Part shown: positions 24,316 to 31,907 of the stretch, in pieces
Layout of the letters: each line of letters begins with the position of its first letter
Position numbering within the stretch: position 1 is the first letter of the stretch
Origin: Bdellovibrionales bacterium
GTDB lineage: Bacteria > Bdellovibrionota > Bdellovibrionia > Bdellovibrionales > UBA1609
NCBI GenBank assembly: GCA_963692945.1
Contig: OY843585.1
Span: 450,001-482,000, forward strand
Direction of reading: 5' to 3'
DNA length: 32,000 bases
Position numbers and translations under genes: made by a program
Notes under the pieces: generated by a model
What the model saw: the letters and a program-made list of their open reading frames with translations, nothing else
What the model was told of the DNA's origin: nothing
Databases searched by the model: none

Positions 24316-24543
24316 AACAAAACTCTAGTGTGTGAACTTTCATTTTAACGAGATTTGAAGAACAAAACTCCATAAGCGAAAAACAGCAGTTTTTCTATCT
24401 GCAAAAAACCAGTTTGTAAAAACCAGCAGGTTTTCTCTAGTTCGCTATAAGTAAGAACTCTTTTCTTTTTAGGTGTTTGAGGAGCTCCTACGACGAAAAT
24501 CTCCTAAAAAGAAAAGAGTATTAGAACTGAACTAGAGTTTTGT
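24316..24543. repeat. Repeat modules including the 113-bp right direct repeat (24431-24543)
   Basis: Positions 24431-24543 differ from 14491-14603 at one position (t/c in CTACGA[T/C]GAAAA). The repeat ends exactly at the stop codon of the convergent gene 24543-24767. Confidence 0.85.
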
Positions 24544-24767
24544 TATTGAATGCTATGATTCTTAACTCTTATCAATGTCATGCAATTGTGGCATTGAGCT
24601 CTTTCTACAGCAAAACGAGTTAGAGGGATGTATTCTATATAGGTATTTAAAGAATGACCGCAAAGATAGCATTCATTTTGAATTTTTAGAAAATCTTTTT
24701 TAATATCTTTTTTTTGAGTGATCGGATTTGTGTTTACTTCTTGTTTTAATAAAGTGTTTCTAGCCAT
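24543..24767 (-). CDS. Small zinc-ribbon protein (CxxC...CxxC)
   Basis: Strong RBS AGGAGG. The 74-aa product has CYLCG ... CHNC about 21 residues apart. Confidence 0.6.
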   Translation of the reverse strand: MARNTLLKQEVNTNPITQKKDIKKDFLKIQNECYLCGHSLNTYIEYIPLTRFAVERAQCHNCMTLIRVKNHSIQ

Positions 24768-24937
24768 TTTGTTTTCCTCCTGAGCTTTGAGCCTGAGCCT
24801 ATGTTCTATAAATAGTTATGCAAAGGCGATGCCAAAGGAGGAATCAGTGATTTAAATTTGGTCTAGTTTTTGAAATAGCCAGAAGCCATCGGATTGATCA
24901 AAATTTGTCAGGCAATGGCTAGGAATTAAAATACTTT

Positions 24938-25561
24938 TTAAGTTTTTCTAGCAGCATAATACTCTGTAAAGAGACCTGCATTAAAGGCAAAAGGTATGTG
25001 TTCTAAGCCGGGTTCAGATTGGACAATACCGACAATTTTTCCCTGTTTTTCTTCTTTTCTTAAAAAATCAGGGAGTTCTAAGCGTGGTTTTTGAAGACCT
25101 TGAAGAACATTCTGATTTTTTTGTGATTTTTCTCTAATGGAAACTTCTTGGTTTTGTTTTACAATAAAAGAGGAGATATCTACTTTTTTACCTTCTACAA
25201 GAACATGGCCATGGCTTACTAGCTGTCTAGCTGCCAAGATGCTTGGAGCAAATCCTAAGCGAAAAATAACATTATCTAGTCGTCTTTCTAACAGGGATGT
25301 CAATTTATTGACCCATTGAGTGGTTTGTCCTTTTTTTGAATTATGGATAAAGCGTCTTAATTGGCTTTCTTTGAGGGCGTAGTTCTGTCTTAATTTCTGT
25401 TTTTCTTCCAATCTAAGGGCATAATCAGAGTATTTTTTCCTCTTATTCCCACTTTCTCCTGGAGGATAAGGACGGCGATCTAAAGCACCAGGTTTGCCTA
25501 AACCAGGCAATTCGGTCCCTAAACGTCTTTGTATTTTAAATCGTGGTTTTCTTATAGCCAT
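24938..25561 (-). CDS. rpsD: 30S ribosomal protein S4
   Basis: It contains RRPYPPGESG, YALRLEEKQKLRQNYALKESQLRRF and the S4 RNA-binding domain RLDNVIFRLGFAPSILAARQLVSHGHVLVEGKKVDISS. Confidence 0.95.
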   Translation of the reverse strand: MAIRKPRFKIQRRLGTELPGLGKPGALDRRPYPPGESGNKRKKYSDYALRLEEKQKLRQNYALKESQLRRFIHNSKKGQTTQWVNKLTSLLERRLDNVIFRLGFAPSILAARQLVSHGHVLVEGKKVDISSFIVKQNQEVSIREKSQKNQNVLQGLQKPRLELPDFLRKEEKQGKIVGIVQSEPGLEHIPFAFNAGLFTEYYAARKT

Positions 25562-25719
25562 ATTTTCACCTGCTGGTTCTCACGGGTTCTTTTTCACAAC
25601 CCTAAACCTAACAAAATCCAGTTTTCTTTATATAAAGTTCTTTTTTTATTTTGTCTAGTTAAAAATTGAAATCTCCGTCTTGTCAGGAGTGAGTTTTTTG
25701 TGTTAAACCTTAAAGCCTT

Positions 25720-25974
25720 ATGAAAAAAGATATACATCCGAATTGTAAAGAAGTTGTTTTTAAAGATCTATCAACAGGATTTCATATTGTAACAACCTCC
25801 ACAGTTCAAACTAAAGAAACTATAGAAGTTAAAGGAAAGACTTATCCTTGTGTGACTTTTGATGTTTCCAGTTCTTCTCACCCTTTCTATACAGGAAAAC
25901 AACGGCTTCTTGATACAGAGGGAAGAGCGGAAAGGTTTATGAAAAAATACAAGAACTTCAGCAGCGACAAATAA
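25720..25974 (+). CDS. rpmE: 50S ribosomal protein L31, type B (no CxxC zinc motif)
   Basis: It has MKKDIHPN..., VSSSSHPFYTGKQRLLDTEGRAERFMKKY, and lacks the paired CxxC of type A. Confidence 0.9.
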   Translation: MKKDIHPNCKEVVFKDLSTGFHIVTTSTVQTKETIEVKGKTYPCVTFDVSSSSHPFYTGKQRLLDTEGRAERFMKKYKNFSSDK

Positions 25975-26070
25975 CTATCATCGTTTTAATTTCAAAGACT
26001 AAAATAGTACAAAAATGGGACAGGTTGATTGAAACAATCTCCTAGAAAAAAATAAACTAGGTTAGAATCT

Positions 26071-27109
26071 TCATTTTTCGGTTTTTGTTTTTCGTAAACG
26101 CCTATCTATTATTAACTGTCTAAACTGATAAACTCTTTTGATCATCTTTTTTCGTTTAGCAATTTTTTTTGAAAAAGGGAGTATGGTGTATTTGTCATAG
26201 CTGGCTTTTGAAAAACGAGTTGTATCGTCAATCTGAGTTCCTTCAAGATTCGCTCCTGTCAAATCCGCTTTTTGCAGGTTGGCTCCTTTAAGGTTGGTTT
26301 TTTGAAGCTGAGCCCTTTGTAGATTGGCTCCATAAAGATTAGTTTTTTGAAGCTGAGCTTCTTTAAGATTGGCATTTTCAAGATTCGCTGCTGTAAGATT
26401 AGCCTCTTGAAGCTGAGCCCTTTGAAGATTAGCACTATCAAGCTGAGCTCCTTTAAGGTTGGCTTGACGAAGATGAGCTCCATAAAGATTAGCTGAACTG
26501 AGGCTAGCTTTTTGAAAATTAGTTCGGTTAAGACGAGCAAATTGCAACTCATTCATTTGTACAGAGGATTTTTGCAACTGGCTATCTTGAAGTTTAGATT
26601 TGTGAAGTACAACACCTCTAAGATCAGCTCCTTGAAAATTCATTTTTTTTAAATCAACTCCTCGTAAATTAACAAACCGAAGATCTGCTTCTTGAAAATA
26701 AGCTCCTTGCACATGAGCTTCTTGAAAATTAGCAAATGAAAGTTTAGCTTTTTGAAACTGAGTTTTTTGAAGTTTGGCTTTACTAAAATTAGCCCATAGA
26801 AGGTCAGCTCCTTGAAAATTCGCTCCTCTAAGATCAGCTCCTTGAAAATTGGCGTTGCGAAAACTAAATTTTCTAAGATCAGCTCCTTTAAGGTTAGCCC
26901 CTTTAAGATCGACTCCTTGAGATATAGTGCTTTTCAAGTCTTTTCCTTTTAAATCTTTTATGGTGCAAATGCCATCACATATCTTTTCCTTTTAAATCTT
27001 TTATGGTGCAAATGCCATCACATACTTTTTTATAACGAGGTTTTGTTGCTACACTTTGTTGAATTGATGTAAGCAAAATGCAAAAACTTAAAGTGATAAT
27101 AAATCTCAT
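26071..27109 (-). pseudogene. Secreted pentapeptide-repeat protein disrupted by a 43-bp tandem duplication (signal peptide uncoupled from the repeat body)
   Basis: ATG at 27109 encodes MRFIITLSFCILLTSIQQSVA TKPRYKKVCDGICTIKDLKGKD, then runs into TGA at 26975-26977. Removing one 43-bp copy joins it in frame to ...DLKSTISQGVDLKGANLKGADL, the 288-aa pentapeptide ORF whose track start at 26937 is a TTG. Confidence 0.75.
26939..27024. repeat. Perfect 43-bp tandem duplication (2 copies)
   Basis: TCTTTTCCTTTTAAATCTTTTATGGTGCAAATGCCATCACATA at 26939-26981 is repeated exactly at 26982-27024. Confidence 0.92.
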
Positions 27110-27268
27110 AGAGTAAATCCTTTTAAGGCTTTTGATTAGAAGTTATATTATATAATGGGTTTTTAGGTTTTGTTAATATTTATTATTAAAAATGGGAATT
27201 ATTGTAATCATTTGAGATATATCCTCTAGATTTTAAAGTTTTTTTCAGATTAAGCCGATAATTTATTT

Positions 27269-27676
27269 ATGAGTGCATACATCTTATTATTCCTATCTAT
27301 TTTCTTTAGTTTAGAAGCCTATTCTCATAGTGGAAGATTAAATTCTCAGGGATGTCATAATGGTAGAAAAACGAGTGGTTATCATTGTCATAGAAATTTG
27401 GATCCTAAAGAATCAACTTCTGAAGTGAGAGGACTAAGAAGGAATTTACAAGATTTAGAAGATAAACTTATAGGACAAAAAAACTTTAAAAGAAGAGATG
27501 GTGTTAAGGTTGTAGAAAGAAGTACATATTCACGAGAAAGCACTCTTAATAAATTACTAATGAGTACAAAAAATATGAATGCTAGATTGGTTAGTATAGA
27601 GAAAAAATTATCAAGTATGAATATGGAACTGCTTAATATAAAACAGAATCTATCAAATACAAACAATCAAAAATAA
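27269..27676 (+). CDS. Secreted YHYH-domain protein with coiled-coil C-terminus
   Basis: Signal is MSAYILLFLSIFFSLEAYS. It is followed by HSGRLNSQGCHNGRKTSGYHCH, which matches the YHYH motif as I recall it. Confidence 0.75.
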   Translation: MSAYILLFLSIFFSLEAYSHSGRLNSQGCHNGRKTSGYHCHRNLDPKESTSEVRGLRRNLQDLEDKLIGQKNFKRRDGVKVVERSTYSRESTLNKLLMSTKNMNARLVSIEKKLSSMNMELLNIKQNLSNTNNQK

Positions 27677-27782
27677 GAAGTACTGTTCGTTTTTTAAGCT
27701 CAGAGTCAAATACGGAAAAGCAGTAGCTTTTTTAGAAAATGAAAGGTATTCTAAAAGTGAAAGACATATCAGGGAAGACATC

Positions 27783-28619
27783 ATGGTTAATAAAATTCAT
27801 AATGGAGACTGTGTCTCTTTAACAAATCAATTAGAAAAAGAATCAATACATTTATCTCTTTTCTCTCCTCCATACGATTTAATAAGAGATTATGACAATG
27901 GAAATGCGTTTGATAATGTTGAATTAGGAAAATCTATTTATGAAAAAACGGTAGATGGTGGAGTGGCTGTAGTTGTTATAGGTGATGGAACTAAAGATTT
28001 TGCAAAATCACTCACTTCATTTAGATTAGCTGTTAATTGGTGTGATCAAGCAGGCTGGAGGTTATTTGAATGTTGTATCTACAAAAGGCATGGAAATCCA
28101 GGAGCATGGTGGAGTAAAAGATTTAGAGTGGATCATGAATACATCTTAATATTTTTAAAAGGAAGACGTCCTAGATATTTTTCTAAAGAGCATTTATTTG
28201 TTGATTGTAAACATGCAGGTAAGGGTTACACAGGAACGGATCGTTTAACTAGTGGTGGAACAATTCCTATGAAAAAAGGCAAGGTGGTTGCAAATAAAAA
28301 ATGCAGAGGAACGATTTGGACATATGCAACTAGTAACAGTGAAGGAAATGCTTTAAAGTTAAAACATCCAGCCACTTACCCAGACCTTCTTGCGAGAGAT
28401 ATTATAAAAACTTTTACAAAAAAAGGAGATGTAGTTTTAGATCCTATGTGTGGGAGTGGAACAACCTGTGTTATTGCCTCTAAAGAGAAACGAAAGTATG
28501 TTGGGTTTGATATATCTGAGGATTATATTAAAATTGCTAGACAACGTTTAAAAATTGAACGAGGAGATGTAGAATGGGAAACAAGTTCAAACATAGAGAA
28601 AAACACGAGTTTTCTTTAG
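27783..28619 (+). CDS. DNA methyltransferase, beta-class (motif IV SPPY before motif I); N4-cytosine or N6-adenine
   Basis: It has LFSPPYDL near the N-terminus, KHPATYPDLLARDII, and DPMCGSGTTCV near the C-terminus. Confidence 0.88.
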   Translation: MVNKIHNGDCVSLTNQLEKESIHLSLFSPPYDLIRDYDNGNAFDNVELGKSIYEKTVDGGVAVVVIGDGTKDFAKSLTSFRLAVNWCDQAGWRLFECCIYKRHGNPGAWWSKRFRVDHEYILIFLKGRRPRYFSKEHLFVDCKHAGKGYTGTDRLTSGGTIPMKKGKVVANKKCRGTIWTYATSNSEGNALKLKHPATYPDLLARDIIKTFTKKGDVVLDPMCGSGTTCVIASKEKRKYVGFDISEDYIKIARQRLKIERGDVEWETSSNIEKNTSFL

Positions 28620-28657
28620 TTCAAATAAATTGTTAGTAATATCTCTTATCTCACCAA
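28615..28657. repeat. Left copy of 43/44-bp direct repeat (partner 31522-31565)
   Basis: TTTAGTTCAAATAAATTGTTAGTAATATC-TCTTATCTCACCAA. It overlaps the methyltransferase stop codon (28617-28619). The partner differs by one inserted A. Confidence 0.85.
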
Positions 28658-28759
28658 GGAGTTGAAGGAGGCCACCAAACAAAAAAGGGAAAGTTAATAG
28701 TGAGTTACTGACAGAAAAACTTTTACAGGGAAACAAATACTTAACATCCATTCCATAAT

Positions 28760-30184
28760 TCACTTTCTTTTTAGAGAAGATAGATTTTTTATCCCTAGTA
28801 ATTCACCAAAACCTTTAAAGTTTTTTTTGTAAGTTCTATTTACACCAGAGGGAATGTCAATAGGTTTTACTTTTAAGCCTTTAAATTTACCATCTGGTAT
28901 CTTCTTTAAGTGTTTGTATTTTTTTGATACTCTACAATAGTCATTCCATTCTTTTTGACTTTTTAGTTTGAGAGATTTAATAAATGTCTTGGCTTTTTTG
29001 TAATCCCTATAATTTTTTTTCTGATTTTGAATATTCTTTGTTCCTAAAAATTCACCCCAATTAAAATTTTCATTTTGAAAAATTTTATAATGATTATAAA
29101 CAGCTTTTGGAATATCAACAGGCTTTAATGGTAAGCCCTTAAATTTTTCTTTTTTTATTTTTGAAAGCTTTTGTTGAATAGCCATATCTGAAGCCTTACA
29201 ATAATCTTTCCATTCCCTTTGTCCGTTTAATTTAAGGTTCTTTGCAAACAAACAAGCTTTTTTATAATTTCTATAATTCATTGGTTCTAACTTAGGAGTT
29301 ACAAAGAGTAAAAAGAACTCCCAATCTCTCCACTGATCTTGATAAACTTTTTTAGGATTGTCGGGAATGTTAACAGGTTTTACTTTTAAGCCCTTAAATT
29401 TACCTTTTGGAATGATCTTAAATTTTTCATATCTTTTGGACTCTTTAGAGTATTCTTTATAAGTCACTTCTGAATCAATTAAAGTTTTGTATTTATTTAA
29501 TCTTCTGATCCATCTATAAGCGATAGAAAAAGAGCAATATTTTTTTTGATAAAAAGCAAGATTATTAGTCCCTAAAAAATCATTAAAACTTTTCCAATTT
29601 TTTTTATAAACTACAAAAGGATCAAAAGGAAGTTTTCCGATTGGGAATTTGGGAAGGTTTACTTTTCCAAGACTGATATTTAATTCATTTTTAGCCCATA
29701 ATTCATATTCTTTCTTGCCTCCAAGTTTTAGTTTCCTCACATAAGATTTTGCCTTTTTATAAAACCAAAAAGTTTTTGATCTTTGAAGTGGTGAAAATTT
29801 TTTTGTTCCTAAAAAATCAATCCAATTTGTCCAAGCTTCCTTTTTCTTATAATAAAAGTCTGCACTTACTGGAATGTCTTTATGTTTTTTTGACCATAAG
29901 TAAAACTCATGTTTATTTTTTAGATGAGCTTTTCTAACTTTTATTCTAGCTTTATTGAAAGGTAAAAATCCCTTAGACAGTTCGGAGTTTTTTTTATTGC
30001 CAGTTCCTAAAAAATCACCCCAGTCCTTCCAATCTTTTTTGTAAATAGAATTAGGATTGGTCGGAATGTTTTTTGGTTTTTTATTAGATTTAGCCCATTT
30101 AACAAATGCTTTTCTATTTCTAAACTTCTGTAGATGAATGTATTTTCTGGCTTCAGTAAAAGTTTTATAGCTTTTTTGAGGCAT
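28760..30184 (-). CDS. Very basic protein made of six degenerate repeats of about 60-80 aa each (F/Y..AK.F...LKL....EW..Y...[K.IP.GKFKGLKVKP]..IP..P...YK..W..W.(D/E)FLG)
   Basis: The internal repeats are read from the translation. The last three units share KFKGL(K/P)(V/L)KP(V/I)(D/N)IP, and most units end in W(G/T/R/N)(D/N/E)(F/L)LG. It sits immediately downstream of the XRE gene (1-nt gap). Confidence 0.78.
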   Translation of the reverse strand: MPQKSYKTFTEARKYIHLQKFRNRKAFVKWAKSNKKPKNIPTNPNSIYKKDWKDWGDFLGTGNKKNSELSKGFLPFNKARIKVRKAHLKNKHEFYLWSKKHKDIPVSADFYYKKKEAWTNWIDFLGTKKFSPLQRSKTFWFYKKAKSYVRKLKLGGKKEYELWAKNELNISLGKVNLPKFPIGKLPFDPFVVYKKNWKSFNDFLGTNNLAFYQKKYCSFSIAYRWIRRLNKYKTLIDSEVTYKEYSKESKRYEKFKIIPKGKFKGLKVKPVNIPDNPKKVYQDQWRDWEFFLLFVTPKLEPMNYRNYKKACLFAKNLKLNGQREWKDYCKASDMAIQQKLSKIKKEKFKGLPLKPVDIPKAVYNHYKIFQNENFNWGEFLGTKNIQNQKKNYRDYKKAKTFIKSLKLKSQKEWNDYCRVSKKYKHLKKIPDGKFKGLKVKPIDIPSGVNRTYKKNFKGFGELLGIKNLSSLKRK

Positions 30185-30185
30185 C

Positions 30186-30557
30186 TTATTTTATTGGAAA
30201 TCTAAATTCTTTGATAGACTGGATGTGTTTAATCATTACTAAAATCAATTGCAATTTCCATTCTTCATTGATGAGATAGACTGTGGATACAATTTCTTTT
30301 TTCACTGTAGGTTCTTTTTTATTTTGCAATAGTTTTTTATTATCAATTTCAAAAAAGTATTTTATTGGAATTTTATAAGCCAATGCGATTTTTTGGAGAT
30401 TGATGAGAGAAGCTCCCATGTGTCCTTTTTCTATTTTATTAAAATGAGCTTGATCAATACCAGCATTCAAAGCAAATTTTCTTTGAGATAAATTTAGTTT
30501 TTTTCTTAGGTTAATTATGCTCAATCGGATATGGTTTTCTAAATGTTTTACTTTCAA
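30186..30557 (-). CDS. XRE-family helix-turn-helix regulator
   Basis: It has LSQRKFALNAGIDQAHFNKIEKGHMGASLINLQKIALAYKIPIKYFF. Confidence 0.85.
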   Translation of the reverse strand: MKVKHLENHIRLSIINLRKKLNLSQRKFALNAGIDQAHFNKIEKGHMGASLINLQKIALAYKIPIKYFFEIDNKKLLQNKKEPTVKKEIVSTVYLINEEWKLQLILVMIKHIQSIKEFRFPIK

Positions 30558-30785
30558 AATGTCAAACTCCTTTCATTTTTAAAAAGCAAAAAGAATGTTT
30601 TTATGGTTATAATTTTATATTTTTTGAAAAATTTCTATATTGATTATTTTACTTAACTATCTATAGTATAAATATACTTCACAAAGAGCTTCTTAAATGG
30701 AAAAATCATTTTAAAATAGGTTCTTTTGGAGAAGAGTTTGTAATGCGAAATCGAGACTTCAGTTCAAAAAATAAAAAGGTAGGTA

Positions 30786-31439
30786 TTAGAGTTTTTGAAA
30801 AAATTTGGGTTTAAACCCCTGCTTATTAATAATACTGGAACTGCTTCCTGTCGCTCTGATCACAAACAAACCCTCTTTCTCAGCTCTTTTGTCAGAAGAT
30901 TGATTGGCTTTTAAATACGCAACGGCTCCATAAACTTTCTTACCTTTAAATTCTGGCATAAAATCCGTAACTCTATTTAATTTCTTAATAAAATAATTCA
31001 ACTCTTTAATATCTAAAGTTGTTTTCACTTCTACAACAACGATCTCTTCCCCATTGAAAGCTAAAATATCAAATTCAAATTGTTGTTCCCCGTGTTTTTT
31101 CAGTATATTTGTTGCCGTCCGATCAACTTGGATACCTTTTTGTTTTAGAAGTTTCACTAAATCTCCTTCAACTAAAGTTTCCATCAACTTACCCCAGTGA
31201 CCATTGAATTTTAAATCAGTCTCTCTTATTTGTTTGGTAGTTATTTCGTGTTGTATTCTAACCCTTTCAAAACCCTCTTCTGATCGTCTTTTGTATTCTT
31301 CTAGTTCTTTTTTTCGCTTTTCTTGTTCTTTTTTTTGCTTTTCTGCCATTTTTTTATCGTACTCTTTTTGCTCTTTAAAAAGTTGCCGAATTTCTGCAAA
31401 ATAAGCTTTAGCCTCTAAAACAGTAGATTTATTACTCAT
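30786..31439 (-). CDS. Coiled-coil plus PD-(D/E)xK nuclease-like protein
   Basis: ATG at 31439 follows AAGGAGAAAT. The Lys/Glu-rich N-terminal coiled coil is followed by FEFDILAFNGEEIVVVEVKT (a D...E-x-K pattern). The ORF-track start at 31490 has no RBS. Confidence 0.65.
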   Translation of the reverse strand: MSNKSTVLEAKAYFAEIRQLFKEQKEYDKKMAEKQKKEQEKRKKELEEYKRRSEEGFERVRIQHEITTKQIRETDLKFNGHWGKLMETLVEGDLVKLLKQKGIQVDRTATNILKKHGEQQFEFDILAFNGEEIVVVEVKTTLDIKELNYFIKKLNRVTDFMPEFKGKKVYGAVAYLKANQSSDKRAEKEGLFVIRATGSSSSIINKQGFKPKFFQKL

Positions 31440-31521
31440 TATTTCTCCTTTTTTTAGTTTACCATAAGTTATATGCAAAAACCATGCCAAGTTTTATAAA
31501 GAAATATGAAAAACAAAGTTT

Positions 31522-31565
31522 TTTAGTTCAAATAAATTGTTAGTAATATCATCTTATCTCACCAA
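31522..31565. repeat. Right copy of 43/44-bp direct repeat (partner 28615-28657)
   Basis: TTTAGTTCAAATAAATTGTTAGTAATATCATCTTATCTCACCAA. It runs directly into the 20-mer CACCAACTCATTCAACAAAC, which recurs at 31888-31907. Confidence 0.85.
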
Positions 31566-31696
31566 CTCATTCAACAAACTCTATTTGCAAAAACCAGAAG
31601 GTTTTCTCTAGGAATACCTTTTTATTTTTTGAGATTTGAAGAGTGTCTCTCTTACGATGAAAAGCTCAAAAAATAAAAAGGAAGAACTAGAGTTTT
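31566..31696. repeat. Hairpin repeat module (same family as 16985-17055)
   Basis: GCAAAAACCAGAAGGTTTTCTCTAGG, then the hairpin CTTTTTATTTTTTGAG...CTCAAAAAATAAAAAG, then GAACTAGAGTTTT. Confidence 0.75.
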
Positions 31697-31907
31697 ATAA
31701 AATGGATGGGGCGGCAGGATTCGCCTACTACATTCGTTCGCATCCAGCTCACTCATTGCGTAGGCTCACTTCAGTCACTAAGAAAAACATCCTGTTTTTC
31801 TTCCCTGTATCACTTGCTCCTAAAGTCGCAAGTGATTTGCTCCTAAAGTCGCAAATAATACAGGTCGTTCCTTCACTTCGAATCCTGCACCAACTCATTC
31901 AACAAAC
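31693..31907 (+). other. Structured repeat unit / candidate ncRNA with tRNA- or tmRNA-end-like termini; a second copy begins at 31977
   Basis: Nested helices: GCAGGATTCG (31714-23) / CGAATCCTGC (31879-88); GCCTAC/GTAGGC; GAAAAACA/TGTTTTTC; CCTGTAT/ATACAGG; CACTTGC/GCAAGTG. The 24-nt start TTTTATAAAATGGATGGGGCGGCA recurs at 31977-32000. Confidence 0.35.

Noticed and set aside
13095-24543. Classical IS, transposon, prophage or integrative island interpretation of the repeat-flanked cassette.
   Set aside because: I recognised no transposase, integrase, recombinase or phage structural gene anywhere in the window. Only non-autonomous repeats were seen, so I describe it as repeat-bounded rather than calling it a mobile element.
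25720-25974. Type-B (zinc-free) L31 as a sign of a Zur-regulated paralogue switch.
   Set aside because: I identified no Zur-box-like palindrome upstream, and no second L31 copy is visible in the window. Many genomes carry only type B, so there is not enough evidence for a finding.
27783-28619. Straightforward type II restriction-modification pair (MTase plus adjacent endonuclease).
   Set aside because: The gene adjacent to the MTase is a repeat protein, not a recognisable endonuclease. The nuclease-like gene is 2.2 kb away on the other strand behind a repeat boundary. It is kept as a hypothesis within the module finding only.
31707-31907. Possible ssrA (tmRNA) gene. The 5' end GGGGCGGCAGGATTCG resembles the tmRNA 5' consensus, and AAGTCGCAAATAAT resembles the region around a resume codon.
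   Set aside because: Reading from GCA gives no short tag ending in a hydrophobic ..LAA-type tail or a stop. No matching 3' acceptor strand (CCGCCCC-ACCA) or intact T arm is present. The putative 5' end recurs 284 nt later. It is treated as a structured repeat instead, and needs sequence beyond 32000 to settle.
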